Assembly (NCBI GenBank): GCA_918234285.1 | Contig: CAKJXZ020000021.1 | Coordinates: 1-64,000 of the forward strand | Reading direction: 5' to 3' | From: Pseudomonadota bacterium | GTDB taxonomy: Bacteria; Pseudomonadota; Alphaproteobacteria; RF32; CAG-239 | Length of the DNA: 64,000 nucleotides | Part shown: positions 50,001 to 57,291 of the stretch, piece after piece | Position numbering within the stretch: position 1 is the first letter of the stretch | Layout: every line of letters starts with the position of its first letter | Program-made: the position numbers and the translations under genes | Notes under the pieces: model-generated | The model's database searches: none | Told to the model about the DNA's origin: nothing | What the model saw: only the letters and a program-made list of their open reading frames with translations

Positions 50001-50655
50001 ATTCTCCGGCGACTGCAACATCTTTACCGTAAAGTTCCACATCTCCTTTGGCCATAATTTTACCTTTTACGGTAATGACGCCTTCCGAATTTTTCAATAG
50101 CTCATTATATTTTTCGGCTCCGTGTTCATAGTCAGACAGATGATAGGATAAATCGCCGTCATAAGCGTGTTTAAGATCGTTATATTTACCCAGTGTCGGT
50201 GTAGCCATTGTCAGCGAGCCGACGTTCAAAACACCGGATGCTCCAACCACTATTCCGTTAGGAGATACAAAAATTGCGTGACCGTTATAAAAAGCATCGC
50301 TTTTAACCGTATTGACAATACCGTTAATATTAACCTGATTGTCTACCATATTTACAAATTTATTATAGCCCTGATCAAATTTTAAGTTTGCCACATCGCC
50401 GTTATCCAGAGTAAAATCCGTATACTGTCTGAAACCCGTGTTACCGGAAACTTTCGCCGCATCAATATTATAAACCCCGTTATTGCCCGAAACTCCGGTA
50501 ATGTTTGTGGCAAACACCGGGGTAACATTTAAAAACATCATACTGTATGCCGTTATAAACGACACAATCTTGCGAAACAATGACGGCTGTTTAAACACAA
50601 TTTCCTGCGATTTTTTAATATGGATTTTCTTTAAACGTTTAGTGGCTTTAGACAT
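38038..50655 (-). CDS. Giant (4205 aa) LktA/filamentous-haemagglutinin-type exoprotein with a C-terminal PilZ-like domain
   Basis: Extended signal peptide; TPS-like NINGIVN...FVSPNGIVVGASGVLNVGSL; long G/A/V/N-rich beta-helix repeats; PilZ-like C-terminus. Confidence 0.8.
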   Translation of the reverse strand: MSKATKRLKKIHIKKSQEIVFKQPSLFRKIVSFITAYSMMFLNVTPVFATNITGVSGNNGVYNIDAAKVSGNTGFRQYTDFTLDNGDVANLKFDQGYNKFVNMVDNQVNINGIVNTVKSDAFYNGHAIFVSPNGIVVGASGVLNVGSLTMATPTLGKYNDLKHAYDGDLSYHLSDYEHGAEKYNELLKNSEGVITVKGKIMAKGDVELYGKDVAVAGEYGARAGIVAGVKNPKKVMTQQQAKQVFDSLVQNNIKDAENFSLEGGKIKIVANKRYGFDSGNDKQLTTKVDINQADIGANEIDISANSEVDRQQKVDLTKASVNVVNSNITGDTVSLVATATQKKNFDAANPVDDVEFIINTLEDLVLSPDSDVPPVTSLWGVAGKAEAEVNVRYSIINALKATASDAENPDLSVFIHAEASSETSENANFLTPTIIDYIFSGDSYFAEYFSSEIYKHFEGAKSSAIVNVEGSTINAVGDAAKNIEISTEASSSLDANNRLLAFILPVGIYAVGTETVSKAIVKDSVLNAVNGDIDVTAVSTNENSTVITSDSLFSIKLEEGFFLMFLNNTVKTDTEASIIKSTVEADNLSVFATNLSDSYAEISMEAVAGEKDPNKPDDGANSASSAGVVLNRSNNNVTARIKDSEITTAEDTTVLAQSLHKTENAPDGSVLDMMVQKPKTFDAAMNKKLKELQGKFFKLNIFNKIKGKTPVVGEEGDNAMLELGGAVVHNNTNNNTTATIENSDVKADGDVTVRANTVDLLTNTATSDTQGEAKFGVSVALVLSEQNNTTNALIDESKIEAENVTVDATTELPMNVGSLTFGMRFPFKIMGMDSFFVGGRFASEANGKWSVSPATPKADDTAPVFELSGLAEQNIMASYSGLKPKFKMAGFFNNLAQTNSVGGTASASAAVVYNEVNTNTMAAIQNNSDITANGDVDVNAVNSVIGYNGAGLVDILIKKLNYKLPGQQDWEYEPTVEGGKAGIGANFVFDNYTNHATAMIDNSTVKAEDGNINVDSATEQSYMNIIITGGKSEKIGVDGSIHIQKISGDTIAKISNIKDNHTVVADNIEVNAGKATIRTTGGNLKRDDKTDEIKWKQQRELTPEEKEQQVDPAITYPREAKDEITNIIVQGSLAQQKEEVENGEQSSSGIAVGASVNTTSIDRNVRATIENSDIEATNLAINATTYNQKVDIEGAAAFSGGVKQKQQDAGNVPQNIDNAQDKADNKSVDNSISEAPKDDDGDVSVDDENYFKELLKKKKNNNNEDDDDDSIIDKILDQFSLSVAGAVDITQDDTKVEASVNDSELTIGKDLEINAVREAKNILLGGAVAKSNKNGAGAAVSYNNQSGSVKSLINDTDIEFADSNSQLVVNADNKNWLLNISIGASASVNSDEENQGFQSAVGGSLNINTLEPEIVAAIENSSIGTDDYAKNVDVDIKAKNKVDVYNIAGGGAYLSGNDANGVGAGAAVNYNNIKNNISAYIANSTLENINNLSVLADADNNMNDFAIAGSLVTGAETGWAFDGSADINYVHDTVKAKIMGSTITAKKDITVKANSNSNNLDAAGTIDILTTGSGAGVNGDVVINLFANDVTAEIGDSYKVGVNLVPVTDQQTDILRAKDINVAATSTEKVNNILAGAAVSTGGSYLMAAANVNVNLVDNAVKAYVSGNFGIGRSTNFINGLNVAAYDETTIYTRGATVSAAASQEAATVIAGSVNVDKLTKTVEAKIINANVNARGDVTATAASVNSLGGTKNDNNQYSRDDVTSKEYREKLLHKDANGLYDGLQMKNSVALDQDSDFVNWNMFFDVAGGSNIAVAGAGIGKVIANFVTAEISNSAIKADNLYVLADDYSIKNIIAGTISGSLKGAAGLSVLYTKDKSTTSALIGNGSELDIINNLTVDAANKKDNHQILITGSGAIKGSINANIAINDVEDKVFAVIDNQTKNKEIYAGNINLNANEDINAAHIVVSGGGASNMVLDVNPIVNTYDATVEAAVKKANLKDAAIALKAQSKIDSLDVSAGVAGVAKGFAGVGVAIKNDYTGNIKSYIDNAVIDTKQNLDIDANSVINANNWVVGGSAAAQGASITVNALLNNVDTTLEAGIKNSEIENADVISINTNKDKTDSFDNNAIAAALAGQGASAIVNVIKNDFTNSVTSYVGNTKSAEIGSLEVIANSDRRTNNINFGLIVTGQGAGLAANALVNDINSTTRSYVDTKSKTLNVERNLDVKSNDTAAARNSVVMGSLAGLGGTVGLNINLYNANNLVKSEILSATAGQVNAGSVNMNSELTNALDNTQVDLSLGLAAVPIDVQVIKIGQKTNTYSKAEQVSDVKKYLNTAFSMIPQGLPTPTTPSNNLQTGAISSVNGNIKTALDTNINAKSRIRGLAKQNGKDVLTDELDLNSFTLVGALGSASVGVRDVQIANNTIAEIKGGKVESTDGDVALKAESASKVKMTNMRAEVSGLQVSGGSDIYENSSETLAQIRDATVNAHSIGVNSKSKSHATIDTTHIAGAIGSVVNVDLVEANDTNKTVSLITGNTNINAKDKLILHSTVDTDLQSLKLSVPIAGASLVSVMKNDATANTISKAIIENVNGAIKTNGLDIITDYDNMSVTARSNIVSVKAISVAEYNDSGAFMNAYFKSGIDSLDGLTLKNTGTTNIITARGNNQKDVSAYGRTHDVSVQLAGIYTGTFANAKTNATSATVLKVKNHTSNKLNIDQYLNSKAKADANGTKVTVAGVYAVAAAATDKSKMTLDVGGNNTIITPSHINLKHNATTEADLKAFNLGLLVAGSRIRVDSDMEADTFANIGGNFNVKDNNININIDTIRNAKLDKTSGTGGLINIADTGMSNNLKGKSTLNLINLTTDDKQGKNRFFINNRSINTYQVKTTDGSGGFINVSDTSATSTFNTSTETNVENADINSQSDFNILTQDTTAIEDNASNAGGGLFISYVGDKANNSYSSSAKINIKNSNIKAKDLKLQADSSVTAKDLKDISYTGDTGGFVAIGAINVTNNITNTSEINIQNSALEATHNAVLEAITGSYFKQKIENEADGFVSVAKGTSNLNVTNNNKITIDNKSTILANNELEIDFNSSNTLVSRVVSDVVNIGGEPVAKSYLDLTVNNTLENSGTLQAGNLMDINFMNSSTNTLTQFAQAVSRAAIATTAEDGKLTRTINNKLDNKANADITSGKDIDINYSNGTGETNSVIYWVTKSGWGVITDSGQSSKYDLQSNYSLNNDGNITAALSNTKYMKINRDGTIDKTTLKSFSDSDYVLNDGKFVDGAKFKEQRLSEIDIELENVNGTINEYENTIANYNTLVAKLNQQKADAEATLNELTAFIENGAVLLESKTGNSGIYAGISAFDLKMQKDMGCVRQTNTDPGYASKITQAEYNTLMQDYTTALNNNPNLTMAEFLNASDYGFSNAQKNNIVKGYSDVKNRLSITPHGFAKYIGKDGITYLAALNPTGEGAAQSCKNMLDLNSKIEDIANQIKSIQYIKANGTALLEDLRDERAKLTAEYNAIWETPADEYSYSGEDYSLVFNDIRINPNGAEINVHGLTNANITGNGVFDIAKSGLQIDNYSTRSLVFNDININTETANSSLIINDKEQTEFANKPQAISGQKANEYFYGSSSIWKQNNERPSFDSLPTTGVHFTVSNTKFVGTTINNYYDNNHPLADTLDIPNSTVASDITINGDINTGVLNILNESGNIAIQSSNIDTGNLNLFATNGQIDIETHNDENNAKFTLNAGSKIFAADGLNITADEVDIKSGSNIQTGYSLRGIKITDNMLKEENLIVDPTTGEKNLLDLGGNRLSFNLNDGVIKGNIKAIYKNGQIYVYNLPELKADNGIKIVANKGTVKGVMTVSTGPQAIEINNKTDKPLIVGDIVNTSIDGVYFVAGGATSEANLTTQKIIKAKTDIISEGKVALNGKIVNGIDAKTGTPSEDGELTVKAKNGIDIAKHQTYDAITAGGLIDIANTQNGALNIYGNITNKKGNTNLYGSDGISLFGKIHSVDGDVSMTAREGDLLLAKGSQIHIDKGNLSLNQQDVFGNLIMAGQIILRDGDLTTYSLGNETNNGLIFGREFMDENDLSDLIPANSNEPEVDYALNNNMGYGYDVTGDKDLKSSVKILRLHREGATIVNENHWKVGDSVELSIAFEGVNVTAKCKVIKAEQGVAQVMFLDLPRSVATKITERYMNKGLFHQWASN

Positions 50656-50952
50656 GGGCGTAATCCTTAATATGCGCTTGCTGTCTCATAACATTTGCAA
50701 TGTTTGAGCTCAGATGACAATCATTATGTGTTTTTTTACCATTTTTTTCGCCCGAAAGCAATATTTTTTAACAAACTGTTAAGAATTTATAATGAACAGT
50801 TAATTTTATTGAATTTTGTAAAATTTGTTTGTATCATCAACAATTGTCGGATTGTAGCGGATTATCAAGATGAAAAGAAATCGAGAATCAAAGTAAAAAC
50901 GGGAATTTCTTGAAGTTGAACGACTTTGACAAGAAAAAGAAAGAGGTACAGC

Positions 50953-51888
50953 ATGAAAATAATCAAAGACTTTTTTATTAAATACATGGCGCTGATTGTG
51001 CTGGTGATTGCCCTGGTGTCCCTTTTGGTCCCTGAAAGTGCTCTGTGGATTTCGACCTCGTGGATAAACTATCTGCTGATGGCGGTGATGTTCGGCATGG
51101 GCCTGACCTTAAAGCCGGAAAGCTTTGTTTTGGTCTTCAAACGCCCAAAGGATATACTTTGCGGTATTTTTGCCCAGTTTACGATTATGCCGCTACTGGC
51201 TTTTGCTCTGAGCCGTCTGTTCGGGCTTGATGCCGCTCTGACCGCCGGCGTGATTTTGGTCGGAACCTGCCCGGGCGGAACGGCCAGTAACGTGATTACC
51301 TATTTTTCCAAGGGCGACATTGCGCTTTCGGTTTCCATGACCAGCGTAAACACTCTGCTCGCTCCGCTTTTGACACCGCTGGTGACTTATCTGCTGCTGA
51401 GCACAACCGTCAAAGTGAACATGGCAAGTATGCTGTTGGCAATAGTCAATGTGATTTTAATCCCGATTGTGCTGGGTTTTGTTATCAATCGTTTCTTTGC
51501 GACCGCCACGCAAAAAATGATAGATTTGTTGCCGGTGATTTCGGTGGTGGCGATTTGTATGATTGTGGCAACGGTGGTAGCGCATAATGCCGAAAAAATC
51601 TACAGTTGCGGACTTTTGGTTTTGAGCGTTGTCGTATTGCATAATCTTTTGGGCTATTTATGCGGCTTTACGCTCGGCAAGTTGCTCAAAATGGAACCGG
51701 CGAAAGTTAAGGCGTTTTCTGTTGAAATCGGCATGCAGAACTCCGGACTGGCAACAAGTTTGGCCGCCACCTCGTTTCCGACGCTTGCCATGGCCACCGT
51801 GCCGGGAGCGATTTTCTCGGTATGGCATAACATTTCCGGCGCAATTTTGGCCGAAATCTACCGCCATTGGCACGCTGAGGAGAAATAA
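50953..51888 (+). CDS. Bile acid:sodium symporter (SBF/PanS-like)
   Basis: MFGMGLTL, CPGGTASNV, EIGMQNSGLA and FSVWHNISG. Confidence 0.92.
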   Translation: MKIIKDFFIKYMALIVLVIALVSLLVPESALWISTSWINYLLMAVMFGMGLTLKPESFVLVFKRPKDILCGIFAQFTIMPLLAFALSRLFGLDAALTAGVILVGTCPGGTASNVITYFSKGDIALSVSMTSVNTLLAPLLTPLVTYLLLSTTVKVNMASMLLAIVNVILIPIVLGFVINRFFATATQKMIDLLPVISVVAICMIVATVVAHNAEKIYSCGLLVLSVVVLHNLLGYLCGFTLGKLLKMEPAKVKAFSVEIGMQNSGLATSLAATSFPTLAMATVPGAIFSVWHNISGAILAEIYRHWHAEEK

Positions 51889-52329
51889 ATGAAAAAGGCT
51901 CTGTTAATCATCGATGCGCAGAAGGCGGCGGTTGTTAAGCCGGAAATCGTGCAAAACATCGAAAAACTGCAGTATGAATACGATGTGGTCTATGTCTCGA
52001 AGTTCACCAACACCGGCTCGCCGCTGCTAAAGATAATGGATTGGGCGGGTTATGATGACGAAGCGCTGGCTTTTGCGCCGAAAAAAGATGCAATTGTGTT
52101 CACCAAAACCGGCTACACCTCATATTTGCCGGAGATGAAAGCGTTTGATGAAATCCACCTTTGCGGATTTGATACCGAGGCCTGCGTTTATAAAACGGCG
52201 CTGGATTTGGTGGAAGTCGGGGTGCGTCCGGTGGTTTTGCAAGACTATTGCTACAGCTCTGACAAACAAATGCACGCCATCGGCCTCAAAATACTCGAGA
52301 AGAATATCGGCAAGAAGAACATAGTTTGA
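51889..52329 (+). CDS. Isochorismatase-family cysteine hydrolase
   Basis: ALLIIDAQ...K.GY...CGFDTEACVYKTALD. Confidence 0.88.
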   Translation: MKKALLIIDAQKAAVVKPEIVQNIEKLQYEYDVVYVSKFTNTGSPLLKIMDWAGYDDEALAFAPKKDAIVFTKTGYTSYLPEMKAFDEIHLCGFDTEACVYKTALDLVEVGVRPVVLQDYCYSSDKQMHAIGLKILEKNIGKKNIV

Positions 52330-52345
52330 ACTGATTCAGATTAAT

Positions 52346-54247
52346 CTAATCACCAACACCTTTAATAGCTTTATCCATCACTGCCTTAATTATCTTTTTA
52401 TCAGCATCAGAACGTTTACGATTTACCACACCTTTTTCAGGCGATACATTATCTTTTGCAATTTCTCGTAATATTTGCGTTTTGAGGTGTGGAATATCTT
52501 CAATATTTTCAGATTTTGTTTTTTCCTTTAGTTCTTTGAGCTTATTTGTAATTGTCGAGGCAAGCTGTTCTTTTTGTTGCTTTTGTTGATATTTTTCAAA
52601 AACTTCATCGGCACCTATTAACTGCTCCTTCGGTAATTTTGTAAATGCTTCCCAATCCAATCTGCCATAAGAAATAAGACTTTTTATACCTTGATTTTCA
52701 GGAACAATATCATCATAAGCACCACGAGCCAAACAGATATCAGATTGCATAAATGCATCTTTTGGATAAATTTTTAATAATCCGGATTGCAATGCTTCCT
52801 TAAAACGATATACATCATGATTTTCATCACCTTCCGATAAAGTTTTTTCATATTGCTCAACGGCATTTAATAAAACCTGTCTCTGACGCTCTGGTTCACC
52901 TCCGGTATAAATTACACAATTGACATCCAAATCAGAATTATACATTACTGTAACTAAAGGAACATTCAGTTTGCCTTCTTGAATCAGAGTCCCGTCAATA
53001 TCAACCATAACATCTTCGACGTATTTCATATTAGGGTTTTCTTTATATTTTTCACGCCGCACCTTAAGGTCTTCTTGTTTTTCACCGTTTAAATATCCCA
53101 AATATTCAACACATAAAGGATTTTGCGGGTGTTTTTCCAAAACTGTTTTAAAATCGTTCCAAACCTCAGGTTTATCTTTTATACTATTCCAATATCCGAC
53201 AAGCGAACGTTCTGCATGTGCCGAAATACCGCGGTCATTATGTGTCAACATCGCATCTAAAAGGATATTTCCCACTTCTCTGTATTTTGCCTCTTTCATA
53301 TAACCCTTCTCAAAACCGTGGCACATACTGTGAGTGGCATGATTAATTTGTATAACGCTCATACCATTCATCATATCAACCGCTTTGTGAGCATCTTGAA
53401 GCGTAATTTTTTCCGGAGTATATTCAAACTTGATTGTATAATAATTGATATAAGCTAATTTAGCACTGTTGCGGTCATTATTCATCAGCACAATTCCGCA
53501 AGGTGCGTTAATTATCATAAGTTCACTATCGGTTTCTTCATTATAATTTCTGTTTTCTTTTTTGATTGTATTATTATTTTCATCAACATTATCACACTGT
53601 TCGGCAAATTCTTTATGAAACAATCCGTTTGCCAACATATTATTTGTGCATGCAAACAGCAAATCTTCTCTATAAGTATAAAAACCTTCTCCTGCAAAGC
53701 TATCTGCCATATCAAGAAGAATTGTCGCTACTTTTTCGTTTCTGGTTTCAGATAAAAGTTCTTTCAATTTATCTTTATCATTAAATTTCGATAAATCAAC
53801 CATTGGTAAAAGCATTTCGACTTTTTTATCTTCGTCTGCCAAAATTAAACTTTTTTGTAAAGCTGCTTTCCATTCAAGATTATCTTTATCAACATAAGGC
53901 AGAATAAGTTCCGTTGTTTCGGCTGATAATTTTGGAAACACGTTTTGTAAAATCTCTTGATAATCAGCATCAGATTTATCAATATAAGGAAGAAATATTT
54001 TCAAATTCTCCTCATTAATACTCGCCAAATGATTTTGATAAATTTTATCCCTAAAAATTTCTTTAAATTTTATTTTATCTTCATTTGTAGAAATTTCTAT
54101 TTCAGATAATGCCTGTTTGAGTTCTTCCGAATTATCAATATATTTAAGCATAAGCATTTTGTCGTTTGATTTGGGAGATGAAGTTAAAAACTCGAAGTTA
54201 TCTTCATCATCTTCCAGCCAATCAAATAACGCTTCACGATCCACCAT
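52346..54247 (-). CDS. Large acidic protein with a C-terminal HAD-like domain
   Basis: VDIDGTL, IYTGG, YPKD and YDD occur in HAD motif order. Confidence 0.6.
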   Translation of the reverse strand: MVDREALFDWLEDDEDNFEFLTSSPKSNDKMLMLKYIDNSEELKQALSEIEISTNEDKIKFKEIFRDKIYQNHLASINEENLKIFLPYIDKSDADYQEILQNVFPKLSAETTELILPYVDKDNLEWKAALQKSLILADEDKKVEMLLPMVDLSKFNDKDKLKELLSETRNEKVATILLDMADSFAGEGFYTYREDLLFACTNNMLANGLFHKEFAEQCDNVDENNNTIKKENRNYNEETDSELMIINAPCGIVLMNNDRNSAKLAYINYYTIKFEYTPEKITLQDAHKAVDMMNGMSVIQINHATHSMCHGFEKGYMKEAKYREVGNILLDAMLTHNDRGISAHAERSLVGYWNSIKDKPEVWNDFKTVLEKHPQNPLCVEYLGYLNGEKQEDLKVRREKYKENPNMKYVEDVMVDIDGTLIQEGKLNVPLVTVMYNSDLDVNCVIYTGGEPERQRQVLLNAVEQYEKTLSEGDENHDVYRFKEALQSGLLKIYPKDAFMQSDICLARGAYDDIVPENQGIKSLISYGRLDWEAFTKLPKEQLIGADEVFEKYQQKQQKEQLASTITNKLKELKEKTKSENIEDIPHLKTQILREIAKDNVSPEKGVVNRKRSDADKKIIKAVMDKAIKGVGD

Positions 54248-54461
54248 ATTTTTATTCTCCCGTTATTGTTTGCTATATACTATTATTTTTACGGATAAAA
54301 GTCAATATCTATTTTGCAATGTTAAAGGACTTCTACTTTTTAACATTTTCTCAGAAAAGCCCATAAAATATATAGTTCCCAAAACGACAAAATTGATGCA
54401 AATTTCAAAGTGCCACACATTCCTCACATATCGCACAAAGTTTAGGCATTATGCTGAAAAA

Positions 54462-54902
54462 CTATTTTTTCATATACAGCAACGGGAACGGTCTACCCTG
54501 TTCGTCCGTGGCGGTGCGCTTATAGGTATTAAAGCCGAGATGTTCATAAAATCCGACGGCCTGAGGATTTTGCTCATTTACCGTCACTTCATCGATTTGA
54601 TACCTTTCGGCGCCGTATTCCACCATTTTGCGCCCTATTCCCTGCCCGATATACTGCGGGTCCAAAAACAACATTTCCAACCGGTGCTGTTCAACTCCCA
54701 TAAATCCGAGATAATCGCCGTTGTTTTGCGCCACCACGAGATGCTCCACGCCCTTTAGTGCTTGCGGCACATAATCCTCAATTTCAGCAATGTCTTTGTC
54801 GGTTAAAAATGTATGCGTCTTGCTAACCGACCGCCGCCACAAAGCAGTCAGTTTTTCAAGCAAATCCGCGTTGCGGTCCGTAACGTCAACAATTTCCATC
54901 AC
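54462..54902 (-). CDS. GNAT acetyltransferase (YjaB-like)
   Basis: LEMLFLDPQYIGQGIG...VNEQNPQAVGFYEHLGF. Confidence 0.88.
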   Translation of the reverse strand: MMEIVDVTDRNADLLEKLTALWRRSVSKTHTFLTDKDIAEIEDYVPQALKGVEHLVVAQNNGDYLGFMGVEQHRLEMLFLDPQYIGQGIGRKMVEYGAERYQIDEVTVNEQNPQAVGFYEHLGFNTYKRTATDEQGRPFPLLYMKK

Positions 54903-55540
54903 TTACATCTCTTTTGAATTTCGGCTTTGACCTTCTTCAAATCGCCGGAAGTCAATAGCGGTATCAGTTCGTTAATTTCCTCGACACTCTTATCCCACCA
55001 TTTGAATTTCAGCAGCAACTCTATCAATTCGTCATCAAATCTTTTGCGCACCGGTTTTGCCGGGTTTCCGACCACAATCGTATACGGCTCGACATTGCTG
55101 CCGACCACGCTGTTAGCACCGATTATCGCCCCGTCACCGATATGCATGCCGGGCAGAATTGTCACGTTTTGCCCTATCCACACATCATTGCCGACCATTG
55201 TATCGCCCTTGAGGGGTAAATTAATCTGCGCCGGCGGCTCTTGTTTAAAGCCTTCCATAATATAAAACGGAAATGTGGAAACGGCATTCATCTGATGATT
55301 AGCGCCGTTCATCACAAACTCAACCCCTGCCCCGATTTGGCAGAATTTGCCGATAATCAGCTTGTCACCGTTAAAATCATAGTGGTGCGTAACGTGCTTT
55401 TCAAAATCAACATCCGCAAAATAGGTAAAATCTCCGACAATAATGTTCGGATTTTTCAGCGTCGGCTTGATATAGGTTACCGTTTTGATATTCGGCACCG
55501 GAAAAATTGTATTCGGGTTAGATTTCGTTGCCTTTTTCAT
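54899..55540 (-). CDS. Vat/CatB-like hexapeptide-repeat O-acetyltransferase
   Basis: NPNIIVGDFTY, DKLIIGKFCQI, MNGANH, STFPF, GNDVWIG and GNPAK..RKRF. Confidence 0.9.
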   Translation of the reverse strand: MKKATKSNPNTIFPVPNIKTVTYIKPTLKNPNIIVGDFTYFADVDFEKHVTHHYDFNGDKLIIGKFCQIGAGVEFVMNGANHQMNAVSTFPFYIMEGFKQEPPAQINLPLKGDTMVGNDVWIGQNVTILPGMHIGDGAIIGANSVVGSNVEPYTIVVGNPAKPVRKRFDDELIELLLKFKWWDKSVEEINELIPLLTSGDLKKVKAEIQKRCK

Positions 55541-56055
55541 CAGAATTCTCCTACATCCAAGTTGTATTTTTCATCTATCAAATGATACGGCAGGCCATAC
55601 TTTCGACACTGCTGCAAGATGTGCTCGTTATCATTTAGAGCCATTTCTTGCGTAAAATCGCCGTCGTCCAGCCGTTGCTCGATAACGTCGGCATAGCTTT
55701 TGATGTCCGCAAAGTGATTTAGAATATAGTTTCGGCTCATAATCAGGCAGATGTATTTGATTTCCGCCAGATAATCTTCGCTGAAATCCTGCCGCCAGGC
55801 AAACGGAATATAGCAACCCTCAACGATTAAATTTTGCTTGTTTTCGATGGCAGTTTTAATCATCTCTCGCTCAATCGGCCACAGATAATCCGTCAGCTTA
55901 TCATCATCAAGGGCAGTTAAGTCGGTCTGCTTGCTGCGGATTAACCCCATTTTCAGCAAATCCAGCGACAAGAGCGGAAAGTGATACTTTTCCAGCATTT
56001 TTTGTGCCAGCAAAGTTTTTCCCGTATGCGATGCCCCTGTGATTAAAATTATCAT
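55540..56055 (-). CDS. P-loop kinase (adenylate/2-phosphoglycerate kinase-like)
   Basis: ILITGASHTGKT; IVEGCYI. Confidence 0.8.
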   Translation of the reverse strand: MIILITGASHTGKTLLAQKMLEKYHFPLLSLDLLKMGLIRSKQTDLTALDDDKLTDYLWPIEREMIKTAIENKQNLIVEGCYIPFAWRQDFSEDYLAEIKYICLIMSRNYILNHFADIKSYADVIEQRLDDGDFTQEMALNDNEHILQQCRKYGLPYHLIDEKYNLDVGEF

Positions 56056-56720
56056 AAATTTTTCCCTTTTTTGAATTTCATCAATTTGAATTTGATACAA
56101 TCTTTCGGGCACTTACTCACACATTGCATACAGTTGATACAGTTCGGGTGGCGCACAAAATTCGTGCTCTCAACCGGTATGTTCATTGGGCATACTTTAT
56201 CGCATAGGTGACAATGAATGCAATCTTTATCATTTCGGCTTATGCTTACCGGACGAATTATGCTCAGCAAGCCATCAGCCGCTCCTTTCATACAGAAGTA
56301 ATTGCAAAACGGCCGGTCGAAGAACAAACTGATAAGCAAAAACACGGCCAGTGTTATACCGCTGCTTATTGAAAGCATATTATGGATTAAGTTGTCTTGA
56401 AAATAAAATCGGGCATTCAAAAACGAAAAAGTTAAACCGGCAAACATCAAACCAAAAAAGATATACCTTGAACATTGCAGATATTTCTGAATCTTCCAAG
56501 GCATTTTATAGCGCGGTAATCTGCACTTTTTCGCAATTAAGCCGAGCCAATCTTGAATTGCACCGAAAGGACACACCCATCCGCAGAAAAATACACCAAC
56601 CGCCAACACCGTCCAGAAAAGCCAATGTGCCATCGTTTCCGGATGGATTAAGGGCAAAAACAGGCCTGCCATAAAACAGGCCTGTATCACAAATCTAAGC
56701 GGTTGCAGCCATTTTCTCAT
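56052..56720 (-). CDS. Membrane 4Fe-4S binding protein (NapH/MauN-like)
   Basis: FCGWVCPFG, FCNYFC and two CxxCxxCxxxCP motifs. Confidence 0.88.
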   Translation of the reverse strand: MRKWLQPLRFVIQACFMAGLFLPLIHPETMAHWLFWTVLAVGVFFCGWVCPFGAIQDWLGLIAKKCRLPRYKMPWKIQKYLQCSRYIFFGLMFAGLTFSFLNARFYFQDNLIHNMLSISSGITLAVFLLISLFFDRPFCNYFCMKGAADGLLSIIRPVSISRNDKDCIHCHLCDKVCPMNIPVESTNFVRHPNCINCMQCVSKCPKDCIKFKLMKFKKGKNL

Positions 56721-57280
56721 TGTGCCGCTTTTTCCAAACTGTTTTTAGCCCATCTACCGACACCTAAGGTCATACTGCTGTAATTCGACCAACCGTCGAT
56801 AATAACGTTGCATCCTTCGCACAATTTTGCCGTATCGTCAAAAGAATTATCCGCGCCGCCGCCACCATGCGTTACAAACGGAATAACAGTTTTTCCCTTC
56901 AAAGCACCGGAAGCCAAGAATGTGCGCACCGGCGTTGCCATTGTTCCCCACCATACCGGAGAACCGACAAACACAACATCATATTCTCCGATATTTTCCG
57001 GCCACGGCTTAATTGCCGGCAAAGTGCCGTCGGCCAGTTCTTTTTTAGCCAACGCTGTTTGTTCTTTATATTCAGACGGATATGGTGTTACCAATTCAAT
57101 TTGGTATAAATCCGCACCGGTTTCCTCGGCAATAATCTTTGCCGCCTTTTCGGTATTGTGGGTTAAAGTAAAATATGCCACCATCACTTTTTTACCGTTC
57201 ATGTTATTTTCCTCTGCTCTTGCGTTAGAAATTGTTAACGCAGTTAAAATCATTGTAAATATTGATAATGCTTTCTTCAT
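56717..57280 (-). CDS. Exported flavodoxin
   Basis: Signal peptide; AYFTLTHNT, GSPVWWG and FVTHGGGG. Confidence 0.88.
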   Translation of the reverse strand: MKKALSIFTMILTALTISNARAEENNMNGKKVMVAYFTLTHNTEKAAKIIAEETGADLYQIELVTPYPSEYKEQTALAKKELADGTLPAIKPWPENIGEYDVVFVGSPVWWGTMATPVRTFLASGALKGKTVIPFVTHGGGGADNSFDDTAKLCEGCNVIIDGWSNYSSMTLGVGRWAKNSLEKAAQ

Positions 57281-57291
57281 AAATTTCCTCC

